From assembly GCA_045863855.1 (NCBI GenBank), contig BTVV01000014.1, positions 1 to 64,000 of the forward strand: a DNA stretch of 64,000 nt, written 5' to 3'. Positions 9,464-19,107 of the stretch are shown piece after piece. Origin of the DNA: Planctomycetota bacterium. Lineage in GTDB: Bacteria; Planctomycetota; SZUA-567; H5-PLA8. Each line of letters opens with the position of its first letter. Position 1 is the stretch's first letter. Both the position numbers and the translations under genes were made by a program. Under the pieces are notes generated by a model. The model did no database searches and was not told the DNA's origin. It saw only the letters and a program-made list of their open reading frames with translations.

Positions 9464-10572
9464 GCCGCAAGCTTGGCGAACAAGTCTTCGGCCACATCGG
9501 CGAGCTTCGCCGGTGTGAAGCGCTCCAGCACGCGGGCTTTGCCGGCTTGGGCGAGCTTGTCGCGCAACCCCGAGTCGGCCAGGCATTCGAGGATCGCCTG
9601 CGCCACGGCTTTCGCGTCACGCGGTGCGACCAGAAACCCAGTCTCGCCGTGAAGCACCAAGTCCTTCACGCCACCGACATCGGTGGCGACACACGCTTTG
9701 CCGGCTGCATACGCTTCCAAGAGCGCGATCCCGAAGCTCTCGCCCGCGATCGGCGTAAGCGCCGCGAGATCCGCCTCCGCGTACAATGCCGGCACGTCGT
9801 TGCGGAAACCGATCAAGTGCACGCTTCGTTCGAGCTGAAGATCCTTGATCAGCGCCTCAAGCGATTCCTGCTGGCTGCCGTGCCCCGCAATGGCCAGCTT
9901 GGCGTCGGGGCGTTGGGCCGCCACGATTCGCCACGCGCGCACCAGCGTCTCGTGCCCCTTTTCGGGCGCCAGCCTGCCCACGCTCAGAACCACCGGCGCG
10001 GCGGCATCGACGCCCAGCGCTTTTCGCAAAGCCCCGGTCGGCTGGGCGTTAAGGTAGGCTTCCAGCGGCGTCGAAGGCGGAAACGTGGTGATCTTCCGGG
10101 CATCCACCAGTCTCGGCCCGGTGAGGTACGGCGCGATCTCCGAACTGCTCACCGCGACGTGATCGATCAGTCGGCTGTAGAGCCAGCGGTTGAAGACATG
10201 CGCGCCAATGGCGAACGAGTTGTGCCGCCAGCGGACCACGAAAGCCGGAACGCGAAAGCGCCAGCGCGCGAGCGCGCACGCCCAAGTGTCCTGGCTGCCG
10301 TTGGTGAGGATTCCGTCGGGTTTGAACTCGGACCATAGCCTCCGGAGCCTCGATTGATCCCGGAAAAAGGAGATCGGGCGGAAGCCGCGGCGCAGTTCCA
10401 GTTGGTCGTAAGTCCGCAATCCCGCCGCCGCCGCGCGCTTGATCAGTTCCGAGTCTTTCAAGCCTGCGATCAGCACCTCGTGCCCGCGCTTTTTCAGCTC
10501 GCCGGCCAGCAGCACCACGACGGCCGACTGGCCGCCCCAGAGCTTGTGCATGTTTACGAAGAAGAGGCGCAT
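9448..10572 (-). CDS. GT4 glycosyltransferase
   Basis: VGRLAPEKGH, GFRNDV, ESFGIALLEAYAAGKACVATDVGG. Confidence 0.92.
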   Translation of the reverse strand: MRLFFVNMHKLWGGQSAVVVLLAGELKKRGHEVLIAGLKDSELIKRAAAAGLRTYDQLELRRGFRPISFFRDQSRLRRLWSEFKPDGILTNGSQDTWACALARWRFRVPAFVVRWRHNSFAIGAHVFNRWLYSRLIDHVAVSSSEIAPYLTGPRLVDARKITTFPPSTPLEAYLNAQPTGALRKALGVDAAAPVVLSVGRLAPEKGHETLVRAWRIVAAQRPDAKLAIAGHGSQQESLEALIKDLQLERSVHLIGFRNDVPALYAEADLAALTPIAGESFGIALLEAYAAGKACVATDVGGVKDLVLHGETGFLVAPRDAKAVAQAILECLADSGLRDKLAQAGKARVLERFTPAKLADVAEDLFAKLAAQRSM

Positions 10573-10628
10573 GAGATTGGGGATCTTAGAATCGCGCCTA
10601 GGGATTGAAAGCGCGAGAAACGCTCCGT

Positions 10629-11792
10629 TCAGGCCATTGGTTTGGACGCGCAGGCCGCCGTTAGCAATTCAGCCAGCCGCGCGACATACAAGTCTTCACG
10701 CAACTCGCTTTCCATGCGCCTGCGCGCATTCGAACCTAGGCGCTGGGCGAAGGATTCGTCGTCGAGGATGCGCTTCAGCGCATGAGCCAATGCCGCCTCG
10801 TCGTTGGGCGGTACGAGCAACCCCGTCTCGCCATCGCGCACCAAATCCGGCAAGACGCCCACGCTCGATGCGATCAGCGGAAGGCCCGAGGCGCTGGCTT
10901 CGAGCCCCGCCCGGCTGCTGCCTTCCGATCCGCGCGAAGGGAGCACGTAGCTGTCCAGTGCGCGGTACACGTCGCGCATGTCCTCCACGAATCCAGGGCA
11001 AAGATCTACTCGGTCCGGCGCGCCGCAGGCCAGCGATAAGTCCCGTAGGTCGGCGTAGCTGCCCGGACCGCGCCGCGATTCGTCGCTGAATATCGCCAAC
11101 CGCACGTCGAAGCGTTCGACCATTTTGGGATGTTCGGTGCATAAGCGCCCGAACGCACGCACGAGCAAGTCATGGCCCTTCACCGGGCTGGGCCGGCCCG
11201 CCGTGCCGAAGTAGAGCGCCGCGGGCTGTAATCCGAAGTGCTGCCGAGCCGCGCGCTTCTCTTCCGTGCTGGCCGGCTTGAAGCGCTGCGTGTCGATCCC
11301 TTCCAGCAGGACTTTGACGGTGTCGGTTCGAAATTCAGGCAATACCTGGAATTGCCGTGCGATCACGCTCGCCGAACAAACCACCAGGGGCATGGAATTA
11401 TGCAGCCAGCGATTCGTGGCCGTGGGCTTGATTTCGAAGACCACGCCGCGCAATCGGATCAACGCGGGCCGCTTTTGCGCACGCGCGCGAACGGCCGCTG
11501 CCAGCCATTGTTCGGGGCTTTTTTGCACCAAGATCGCGTCGACCGCGTGTTCGTTCACGTATTGCTTCAAGATTCGGTAATCGCGGAAGAAGCTCGCGGC
11601 ATGAAACCCGCGCCGCAGTTCCAGACCCGGCTGAACGGGCACGCCTTCGGCGCGGCCGCGTTCTGGCCAATATTCGCCGGGGGCAAAAAGAACCGCGCGA
11701 TGCCCTGCTCGGCACAGCAACCGGGTCAGGTGAAAGGCGGTGGACGCCGAGCCGCCATTGCCGGCCACACTGGTCAAAAGGGCCAAGTTCAC
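10629..11792 (-). CDS. GT4 glycosyltransferase
   Basis: GRPSPVKGH, EGSSRAGLEASASGLPLIASSVG, GETGLLVPP; start uncertain. Confidence 0.9.
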   Translation of the reverse strand: MNLALLTSVAGNGGSASTAFHLTRLLCRAGHRAVLFAPGEYWPERGRAEGVPVQPGLELRRGFHAASFFRDYRILKQYVNEHAVDAILVQKSPEQWLAAAVRARAQKRPALIRLRGVVFEIKPTATNRWLHNSMPLVVCSASVIARQFQVLPEFRTDTVKVLLEGIDTQRFKPASTEEKRAARQHFGLQPAALYFGTAGRPSPVKGHDLLVRAFGRLCTEHPKMVERFDVRLAIFSDESRRGPGSYADLRDLSLACGAPDRVDLCPGFVEDMRDVYRALDSYVLPSRGSEGSSRAGLEASASGLPLIASSVGVLPDLVRDGETGLLVPPNDEAALAHALKRILDDESFAQRLGSNARRRMESELREDLYVARLAELLTAACASKPMA

Positions 11793-11913
11793 GGTCTGTA
11801 AAGCCTCGTTCCTGCACCTGCGCAATCGGGTCTGGATTGGCCTCGCTAATCCATCGTAAGCCGCTATACTCTAATACCTTGTGAAGCGCCAGTAGTTACG
11901 GGGAAGCACGTGC

Positions 11914-12585
11914 GTGGCGGCTCGATCGGGCTCAACCTACCCCGTCTTTCTCAAGTTGGCGGGCGTCCCGGTGCTTGTGGTCGGTGGTGGCGTGGTTGCG
12001 GCCAGAAAGGTGCGCGGACTGGCCAGTGCCGGCGCTAGAATCACGATCGTGGCCCCGCAAGGCGCGTTGGTGCTGGCGAAGCGTAAAAGCGTGATCTTGA
12101 AGCGCCGCCGCTATCGCTCGTCGGACCTGCGCGGCATGCGGTTGGTTGTTGCGGCCACCGACGATCGGGCGCTAAACACGCGGATCGCCACGGAATGCCG
12201 GGCCCGGTCGATTTGGTGTAATGTGGCCGCGCCGCCGGAAGCGGGCGACGTGATCCTGCCGGCCGTGGTTCGCCGAGGACGATTGCAGATCGCCATGAGT
12301 ACGGGTGGCGCTTCGGCCGCGGCTTCCAAGGCTTTGCGCGAGGAACTGGAACGCCATCTCGACCCGGCGTGGGGTGTTTTTCTGGCCCTGTTGGAAGCTC
12401 GGCGTGAGCGTATCAAGCGCCGGGTGACCGATCCGGCGCGCCGTCGAAGGTTGTTGCAGGATCTGGGCGCCGCGCGCTGGGTGCGCCGCATCCGCGAACG
12501 CGGCCGCGAAGCTGTGGCGGCCGAGTTGGACGCGCAAATTGACCGGGTGGCGCGGGCCGATCGACTCTCGATGGAGAAGGCATAG
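11914..12585 (+). CDS. Precorrin-2 dehydrogenase/sirohydrochlorin ferrochelatase (CysG N-terminal / SirC type)
   Basis: YPVFL, LVVGGGVVAARK, AATDD, IAMSTGGAS. Confidence 0.9.
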   Translation: MAARSGSTYPVFLKLAGVPVLVVGGGVVAARKVRGLASAGARITIVAPQGALVLAKRKSVILKRRRYRSSDLRGMRLVVAATDDRALNTRIATECRARSIWCNVAAPPEAGDVILPAVVRRGRLQIAMSTGGASAAASKALREELERHLDPAWGVFLALLEARRERIKRRVTDPARRRRLLQDLGAARWVRRIRERGREAVAAELDAQIDRVARADRLSMEKA

Positions 12586-12590
12586 CTCCG

Positions 12591-13460
12591 ATGGGCCCCG
12601 AAGCCTTCAAACTGCTGGCCGCGGGCTGCTACTTATCCGGGGCCGTCGCGGCCTTGGTGGGCCTCAAGCGCACCGAGGTGCGCGAGGGATCTTGGCAGCA
12701 TGTGCTCCTGGGAATGGGCCTCACGGTTCATTCGGTCGGAATCGGCGTGCACTGCGCTCAAAGCCAAACCCACTTCTTTACGAGCATCGAAGAGAGTCTC
12801 TGGCTGGCATCCTGGGCTCTGGCGATCGGCTACCTTGTTGCGCTGGTGGGCTGGTCCTTGCGCAGTTTGGGCGCGCTGATGCTGCCCTTGAGCGCCGCGC
12901 TGCTCCTCATCTCCTTCGCCTTCCGCGAACCCGGCCCGCCGCCCACCGCGGGCTTGGCGGCCCATCCGCTCTTTACCGTACACGTACTCAGCGCGTACCT
13001 GGGCTACGGGCTCTTCATGACCGCCACCGCGGTAAGCTTGCTGTACTTATTCGAGCAGGCCCTGTTGAAGCGGAAGATCTTCAATTACTTATTCCGCGCG
13101 CTGCCCAGCCTCGAAAAAATGGAGCGCGCCGAGACGCTCATCGCCTGGATCGGGTTCGTGCTGTTCACGGTCGCTGTCGGGACCGGCGCGACGATGGCCA
13201 AACGATCGGGTCAGGCGGCGTGGTATCTGGAACCCAAGATCATTTCAACGTGGCTGACCTGGATCGTTTTCCTGGTGCTTGTGGTCGGCCGCGCCAGCGG
13301 TCGACTGGCGGGGCGCGCGACGGCGCGCACCATCTTGCTCGGTGCGGTGCTGGTGGTCTGTACGTTCTTCCTTGCCCATCCATTCCGTGAAACGGCGGAC
13401 GGACAAAGCGCCATGGCGCCCGCGCGAACGGCGCTGGGGCGGGGGGAGGGCGAGCGATGA
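12591..13460 (+). CDS. Cytochrome c assembly family membrane protein (CcsA/HemX-like)
   Basis: Multiple TM helices, HVLSAYLGY, LPSLEKME, WYLEPK; between cysG-N and hemA. Confidence 0.85.
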   Translation: MGPEAFKLLAAGCYLSGAVAALVGLKRTEVREGSWQHVLLGMGLTVHSVGIGVHCAQSQTHFFTSIEESLWLASWALAIGYLVALVGWSLRSLGALMLPLSAALLLISFAFREPGPPPTAGLAAHPLFTVHVLSAYLGYGLFMTATAVSLLYLFEQALLKRKIFNYLFRALPSLEKMERAETLIAWIGFVLFTVAVGTGATMAKRSGQAAWYLEPKIISTWLTWIVFLVLVVGRASGRLAGRATARTILLGAVLVVCTFFLAHPFRETADGQSAMAPARTALGRGEGER

Positions 13461-14824
13461 GCGCCACACCCGCGCTGGTGGTTGTGGGACTCTCGCATCG
13501 CACTGCGCCGGTGGCGCTGCGCGAACGGCTGGCCTTTCGGGAAGAAGACCTCGTGGAGGCGCTGGCTGCGTTGCGGCAGTCCGCCGGAGCCGCTGAAGCG
13601 ACCATTCTTTCCACGTGCAACCGTGTGGAGCTTTACGTCGCCGCGCCCGGTTCGCCCGCCGAAGTGAGTTTGCGCGTGCGCGCCTTCCTGAGCGAATACC
13701 ACGGAGTCGCCGCAGCCGAATTGGCCCAAGTTCTTTACGAGCGTCATGCCGCCGAAGCCGTGCGACACTTGTTCGAAGTGGCCGCATCGATCGATTCCCA
13801 AATCTTGGGCGAAACCGAGATTCAGGCTCAGACCAAGGAAGCGTACCGCGCCGCCGCCGCTGCCGGAGCGGCCGGTCCGTTGTTGAGACGCCTATTCGAA
13901 CGCGCCCTCTTTCTGGCGAAGGAGGTCCGGGCTTCCGGCGGCATCGGCGCCGTGCAGGCTTCGATAAGTTCCGCCGCCGTCCAACTGGCCCGTAAAATTT
14001 TCGATGATCTTAAAGGCCACCGCGTGCTGGTGGCCGGTACGGGTGAAATGGCGCGCGGCATCCTGCGCGCGTTGCGCTCCGCAGGCGTCGCAGATGTGGT
14101 GGTACTCAGCCGGACGCTGGAGCGCGCCGAAGCCTTCGCGCAGGCCGAAGGCGGGCGCTGCGGCAAGTTAGAAGACTTGGATGCACACTTGGCTGCCAGC
14201 GATATTGTGCTGGTCAGCACCGCCGCGCCGCACTACATCTTGCGCACCGAACATATGGAACGCGCGCACGCCGCGCGCCACGGCCGCCCGCTCTTCGTGA
14301 TCGACATCTCCGTGCCGCGCAACGTCGATCCGGCGATTCATAAGATCGCCGACACGTTCCTGTACGACATCGACGACCTGGAAGAAGTAGCCGACGAGGG
14401 TCGTCGCCAGCGTGAGGAAGTCGCGCGGCACTGGACTCCTCGCCTCAGCCAGGAAGCGCAAGCGCTGCTGAACGAGATGCGCGACCCTGGCCCCGGCGAG
14501 ACGGCGCGGGACTTGGTTCGCATGGGCGACGGGCTGCGCGAGGCCGAAATTGAACGCCTCCGTTCGGCCGGGCAACTCGACGAGGCCGCGTTGCGGCAGG
14601 TCGAACAGGCGTTGCAGCGCATGCAGGGGAAGCTACTGCACGGCGCACTGGCGGCGCTTCGGGAAGCCGCACGCGCCGGCGATGGCGCGGCCGCCGTGCA
14701 GTGGGCGAACCGATTTTTCCGGCTCAGCTGCGAAGATTCGACATCCGCCACGGCCGGCGGCGAGAAGACTGCCTCCGCCCCCGAACAGGCCCCTCAGCCG
14801 GCCGCTGAACGCGCACCCAGGTGA
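13457..14824 (+). CDS. hemA: Glutamyl-tRNA reductase
   Basis: GLSHRTAPVALRE, LSTCNRVE, DSQILGE, DISVPRNVD. Confidence 0.95.
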   Translation: MSATPALVVVGLSHRTAPVALRERLAFREEDLVEALAALRQSAGAAEATILSTCNRVELYVAAPGSPAEVSLRVRAFLSEYHGVAAAELAQVLYERHAAEAVRHLFEVAASIDSQILGETEIQAQTKEAYRAAAAAGAAGPLLRRLFERALFLAKEVRASGGIGAVQASISSAAVQLARKIFDDLKGHRVLVAGTGEMARGILRALRSAGVADVVVLSRTLERAEAFAQAEGGRCGKLEDLDAHLAASDIVLVSTAAPHYILRTEHMERAHAARHGRPLFVIDISVPRNVDPAIHKIADTFLYDIDDLEEVADEGRRQREEVARHWTPRLSQEAQALLNEMRDPGPGETARDLVRMGDGLREAEIERLRSAGQLDEAALRQVEQALQRMQGKLLHGALAALREAARAGDGAAAVQWANRFFRLSCEDSTSATAGGEKTASAPEQAPQPAAERAPR

Positions 14825-14951
14825 GCTTCCGGCGGACTCGGGCAAAAGAGGCTTGCATCGGCGTAAAACGAGGTTTATCTAGGGATTCGAACGATCCGAG
14901 CCTTGTTCGACAAGGCCGGTTCCGTGCTGTCATGTCCACGGATTGCCGCGT

Positions 14952-15671
14952 ATGCCCCGTCGCCTCCTTCTTATTACCAAGGATCCGGAATTCGACGAAC
15001 GCGGCGAAGTCGTCCTGGGCCAGTGCGAACCGTTTACCTCCGGCTGGAAGCTGATTCTTGTCTTCGAAGACCGCCGTCGTGAGACTCTGATTTCAGGCAC
15101 TTACTCCGATTTACGCCGCATTCAGGAAAGCTGTTCCCCGATCGAAGAGCCATTGCTGATCAAGAAGCGCGTCGAAGAGATGCGCGCGTTGTTGAATTCG
15201 TCCGTTACCGAAACGGTGGCCGTGGATTTCCGTTCCGATCCGGGCGGCTCTACTAAGATCATGGAGCCCACTCAAACGGGGATGATGGCCGCGGTTTCGG
15301 AGGAACTTACCGCTGCCGTAGGTGAAGGGTTCTTCGAGCTCGAACAGCGCGATGGAATGATCGTGGCGCTCCTGGCCGATCCCGACCGCGTCAGCGACCT
15401 GCCGACGCTAAACCGCAACCTCAAGCACCTCCTCGAAGCCCAGCCCCGCGCCATCGTACTCGACCTCTCCCGCATCCAGAACTTGGCCTCCCGCGTCGTT
15501 CACGAACTGGTCCATTTCCGCGACGAATGCAAGGATCAGGAGATTTCGTTCGGCCTGTGCAGTTTGCGCAAGAGCGTGCACCGGTTGTTCGAAAACTTGG
15601 GTACGGAGAATCCCCCGCAGGTCTTCGAGGATCCGGAGGCCGCGCTAAGTGCTTTGGCTGCGGCTAAGTAG
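14952..15671 (+). CDS. STAS-domain protein with N-terminal extension
   Basis: C-terminal IVLDLSRIQNLAS...VHRLFENLG...VFEDPEAAL anti-anti-sigma-like fold. Confidence 0.7.
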   Translation: MPRRLLLITKDPEFDERGEVVLGQCEPFTSGWKLILVFEDRRRETLISGTYSDLRRIQESCSPIEEPLLIKKRVEEMRALLNSSVTETVAVDFRSDPGGSTKIMEPTQTGMMAAVSEELTAAVGEGFFELEQRDGMIVALLADPDRVSDLPTLNRNLKHLLEAQPRAIVLDLSRIQNLASRVVHELVHFRDECKDQEISFGLCSLRKSVHRLFENLGTENPPQVFEDPEAALSALAAAK

Positions 15672-15792
15672 GTTTCCATTCGGAAGTTGACCGGGACCGC
15701 CGTACACGGTACATGTTTCCCTTCCCCAGCGCGCGTACGGGCCGTGACCGGACCGAGCCGGGAGCCAAACGATTTACGGAGAAGGACGCACG

Positions 15793-16080
15793 ATGGGCCA
15801 CTCAGTCAGCGCCACCAAGCGCGAGCGCCAGAATGAAAAGCGCCAGGAACGCAACATTGCGAATAAGCGCAACCTCAAGAAGGACATGAAGAAGTTCCTT
15901 GCCGAGGTGCAGGCGAAGCCCGAGGAAGCCGAAAAGCTGCTCGCCGCGGCTCATCGCTCGCTCGATATCGCCGCCCGGAAGAATGCAATTCCGAAGCAGC
16001 GCGCGCACCGCAAGAAGGCCCGTTTGGCGCTGTTGGTTAACCGCCTTAAGGCCCAAAAGGCTGGCGCCAAGACCAGCTAG
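15793..16080 (+). CDS. rpsT: 30S ribosomal protein S20
   Basis: SATKRERQNEKR..RN...LDIAARKNAIPKQRAHRKKARL; SD GGAG upstream. Confidence 0.93.
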   Translation: MGHSVSATKRERQNEKRQERNIANKRNLKKDMKKFLAEVQAKPEEAEKLLAAAHRSLDIAARKNAIPKQRAHRKKARLALLVNRLKAQKAGAKTS

Positions 16081-16110
16081 TCCGCCGCGCGACCTTTCGA
16101 TGCCATTCCC

Positions 16111-16139
16111 GCCCAAGCCTTGCGCTTGGGCTTTTTTTT
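16111..16139 (+). terminator. Rho-independent terminator after rpsT
   Basis: GCCCAAGC-cttgc-GCTTGGGC followed by T8. Confidence 0.85.
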
Positions 16140-16204
16140 AGCCGGTCTTGGGCTCCCGGCGGCCGATGGGGTATCCTCGCTTCCTGCAGGAAGGGGGATT
16201 CGGC

Positions 16205-16639
16205 GTGAAAGGCTGCCTCGGCGGCATCATCTTTTTCATCCTGGGCGGCGCGATGATCTTTCTCGCGTTCGCCTTGGGGCGCGCTTGGGAAGCCAAACCC
16301 GCGGATCAGCCGCGCCTCACCGTCGACGATTTGAAGCAGCAGCTTCGCGCCACCGAAGCGGACGCGCGCCGTATGGCCGCGGAGGCGCTGGGCCTCAAAG
16401 GGGAAGCCGCCGCCGATGCCGTCGAAGATCTGGTCGGCGGCTTGAAAGACGACAGCGCCGACGTTCGCAAAGCTGCCGCAGAGGCGCTGGGTCGGATTGG
16501 CCCTCGCGCGAAAGCCGCGATCCCTCAGCTGAAAACCATGCTGCGCGAAGGATCGGCCGAACTACGCGCCGCCGCAGAAGAAGCGTTGCAGCGGATCGAA
16601 GGCTCGCCCGAGCAGGACACGAAGTCCGCTGGTCCGTGA
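16205..16639 (+). CDS. Membrane-anchored HEAT-repeat protein
   Basis: TM segment then ARRMAAEALG, VRKAAAEALGRIGP, LRAAAEEALQRI; start uncertain (16166/16205). Confidence 0.8.
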   Translation: MKGCLGGIIFFILGGAMIFLAFALGRAWEAKPADQPRLTVDDLKQQLRATEADARRMAAEALGLKGEAAADAVEDLVGGLKDDSADVRKAAAEALGRIGPRAKAAIPQLKTMLREGSAELRAAAEEALQRIEGSPEQDTKSAGP

Positions 16640-16753
16640 AAGCTGTCGTTCGGACCGCACTAGCTTACGCCGCTTTTCGTTCTCGCGGAGCCCGCCTTGC
16701 ACACCCACTCTGCGTGGTAGGATAGAGGCTGCGCCGGAGGCTACCCGCCGATC

Positions 16754-17116
16754 ATGAACGTCGAACGCCTGGATCACGTCACCGTCAACGTCACGGACCT
16801 CGATCGCGCGATGCGCTTTTACGGGGGCCTCTTCAAGATGCGGGAGGTGCCGCGCCCCGAAAGCTTCACCTTTCCCGGCGCGTGGTACGACCTGAACGGG
16901 ACGTTTCTGCATCTGGTGGTCGTCAAGCAACCGGATGCGTTGACGAGCCGGCACATGGCGCTTTGGACGAGCGACGTACGAGCCGCGGCGCAAGCCGTCG
17001 AAGCCGCCGGATTTCCCGTGCGCTGGGATCGCACCAAAATACCGGGCGTGGACCGCTTCTTTACCGACGATCCGGACGGCAATCGGGTTGAGGTGCAGGG
17101 ATCGGACGCGATTTAG
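16754..17116 (+). CDS. VOC/glyoxalase family protein
   Basis: LDHVTVNVTDLDRAMRFY...DPDGNRVE. Confidence 0.92.
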   Translation: MNVERLDHVTVNVTDLDRAMRFYGGLFKMREVPRPESFTFPGAWYDLNGTFLHLVVVKQPDALTSRHMALWTSDVRAAAQAVEAAGFPVRWDRTKIPGVDRFFTDDPDGNRVEVQGSDAI

Positions 17117-17130
17117 GAATTGAGCGGAAA

Positions 17131-17499
17131 CAAAAACGGCGTGTGATCGGACCTGCCCGCGCTGGGGCCAGCCCACTCACACGCCGCCTTCAGCAGCCAC
17201 ACACCGCGTGCCCTGGCCCTCAACGCGCTCAGGTTTCGTGCACGCGGCGCAAACCTCTCCGCGCTCCCGGCACACTCCACGCGCCCTGCGACTGCTTGCT
17301 CCTAGTGGCCGCTCGGACAGGAAGGAGGGGGTGTCCTGTCCGCGCGGCCGGGGGCGCCACGCGCCCCAAAAACCTCTGCGTCTGAGACGGGCTCGACCGG
17401 ACTGGGGGGCTACGGGTGCAACCTGGCGGCCGCCCACTCCGGCGAGCCCGAATGCTTTAAATCTGGCTTGCTCGATCTCAATCGCGTACGACTTCCATC
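17131..17499 (-). ncRNA. Candidate structured non-coding RNA, family unassigned
   Basis: Five adjacent helical domains with G-U pairs on the minus strand; upstream TTGACA/TATAGT; terminal hairpin plus U-tract; no credible CDS. Confidence 0.55.
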
Positions 17500-17505
17500 G
17501 CTCAC

Positions 17506-17536
17506 ACTATACCCCACAAAGTACGTGTACTGTCAA
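17506..17536 (-). promoter_or_regulatory. Sigma-70-like promoter with 19-nt spacer
   Basis: Minus strand TTGACA (17536-17531), N19, TATAGT (17511-17506). Confidence 0.55.
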
Positions 17537-17627
17537 ATTCGAGCCGAAAAAACTTAGGTAAATACGGTGTCAAGCAATCGGTTCGCTTGTCCGGAGGCGT
17601 ATGCACAGGTTGAACGCAGGGGATCGG

Positions 17628-18020
17628 TCAGGCCGGCTTCGGTTGCGGCTCGGGAGACAGGCTTAATCCGGCGCGTTCTAGAATCACCTCGCCCAGCTTA
17701 TCGTGCAACCCCAGAGGCTTGGTGCAGCGCCATTTAACCCCTGGATGGGTCTTAGCCGCTTCGCTGGCCATGACGGGGATATCCTGAGCCGCATGCCGGC
17801 CGGGTGAGAGCATGTACGGATGCACGATCACTTCCGTCGCGCCTTCGCGTACGCAGGCTTCAAAGCCTTGGGCGATGGTCGGTTCCGCCAATTCCATATG
17901 CGCGATCTGGACAATCAGGTCCGGGCGTTGCCGGCGCAGGATCGCGGCCACTTCTTCGAGCATCTTGTTCGCGGCTTCGCGCTTGGAGCCGTGGTCGACG
18001 ATCAGTAACGCGGTGGGCAT
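17628..18020 (-). CDS. CbiX/SirB small chelatase domain protein
   Basis: IVDHGS, AHMELAEPTI, PYMLSPGRHAAQDIP, PLG. Confidence 0.9.
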   Translation of the reverse strand: MPTALLIVDHGSKREAANKMLEEVAAILRRQRPDLIVQIAHMELAEPTIAQGFEACVREGATEVIVHPYMLSPGRHAAQDIPVMASEAAKTHPGVKWRCTKPLGLHDKLGEVILERAGLSLSPEPQPKPA

Positions 18021-18067
18021 GACTCGTGCTCCCTCCTCTTGCGCGTCGGCACCAGACTTCGGGCGCG

Positions 18068-19063
18068 CTATTTTTCGATCGTCACGTCGTCACGATTGCC
18101 GTACTCGCGCCAGCCGCCGTAGTAATTGGAAACTTCGTAGCCCATCAACTGCAAGCTGAAAACCAGATGCGCGCTGCGCACACCCGACTGGCAGTAGGCC
18201 CCGAGCGGTTCGGATTTTTGGATGCACGCCGCCCGCAAGAGCGCATGGATTTCCTGCGGCGTCTTCCAGACCCAGTAGCCTTGGTCTTTGCTGTTGGGGT
18301 CCTTTTGGCGCGGGCTGACGGCATTGAGCAGCACATCGTAGGGCAAGTTCACCGCGCCGGGCACGTGCCCGCCCAGCTTGGCGCGCGTGTCCTGGCCCAT
18401 GTATTCGGCGTAACTTCGGGCGTCGAGCAGGGTTGTGATGGTCGGTTGGCCGGGGGCCGTCGGGCGCGGCCGGTAGCGCGCCAAGTCCTCACGCGACAGC
18501 AGGCCCCTTGGACGATCCAGGGGTTTCCACGTTCCCGCCGCGGGCTTGTGCAGAGTGCGCGTCACGCGCCCTTCTTCGTCTCGCCACTTAGGATAGCCGC
18601 CGTTCAGGATGGAGACCTGGTCATGCCCATAGGCCCAGAAGGTAAACCAGACGCGGGCCGCCTGCCGGCCGCCTTCGGCGTCGTAGACTACGATCCGGCT
18701 GTTGGCCTGAATGCCGCAGGCTTCCGCCAGCTTGGCGATCGCATCGGGACCGGGCATGAAGTATGGAGGCGAGTCCGGCGCCTGGAGCGGGTCGGACTCG
18801 ACGTTCTGAGCGAAGGGCAGATGCGTGAGTTCGAAGGCTTCGGCGGTGCGCGCGTCGATGAGCACTAAATTGGGATGGATCGGGGCCTTTTCGTCTTTGC
18901 CTAGCCAGAGCGCGAGCTGTTCGGTCTCGACCAATAGCTCCGCACGCGGGTATTCTGTGGGAGCGGCCGGTTCGCCGTGCGCCGGACGCGGGGAATCCTG
19001 AGCGCAGAGCCGTCCGGCCAGCAACAGGGCGCACACCCAAAGGCCGATCGTTCGTACCGTCAT
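18068..19063 (-). CDS. Two-domain rhodanese/sulfurtransferase with signal peptide
   Basis: LIDAR, IVVYD, LNGG, GHVPGA, active loop YCQSGVRS, YYGGWREY. Confidence 0.9.
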   Translation of the reverse strand: MTVRTIGLWVCALLLAGRLCAQDSPRPAHGEPAAPTEYPRAELLVETEQLALWLGKDEKAPIHPNLVLIDARTAEAFELTHLPFAQNVESDPLQAPDSPPYFMPGPDAIAKLAEACGIQANSRIVVYDAEGGRQAARVWFTFWAYGHDQVSILNGGYPKWRDEEGRVTRTLHKPAAGTWKPLDRPRGLLSREDLARYRPRPTAPGQPTITTLLDARSYAEYMGQDTRAKLGGHVPGAVNLPYDVLLNAVSPRQKDPNSKDQGYWVWKTPQEIHALLRAACIQKSEPLGAYCQSGVRSAHLVFSLQLMGYEVSNYYGGWREYGNRDDVTIEK

Positions 19064-19107
19064 CCGCGGGCCCCGGCGATTCGCGCTTAGGTTCATAATG
19101 GGTGGAC

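Noticed and set aside
17131..17499. tmRNA, RNase P RNA, SRP RNA or cobalamin riboswitch identity for the structured region
   Set aside because: No tRNA-like ends or tag ORF, no GAGGAAAGUCC, no SRP core motif, no B12 box in correct order, and no downstream gene on that strand.
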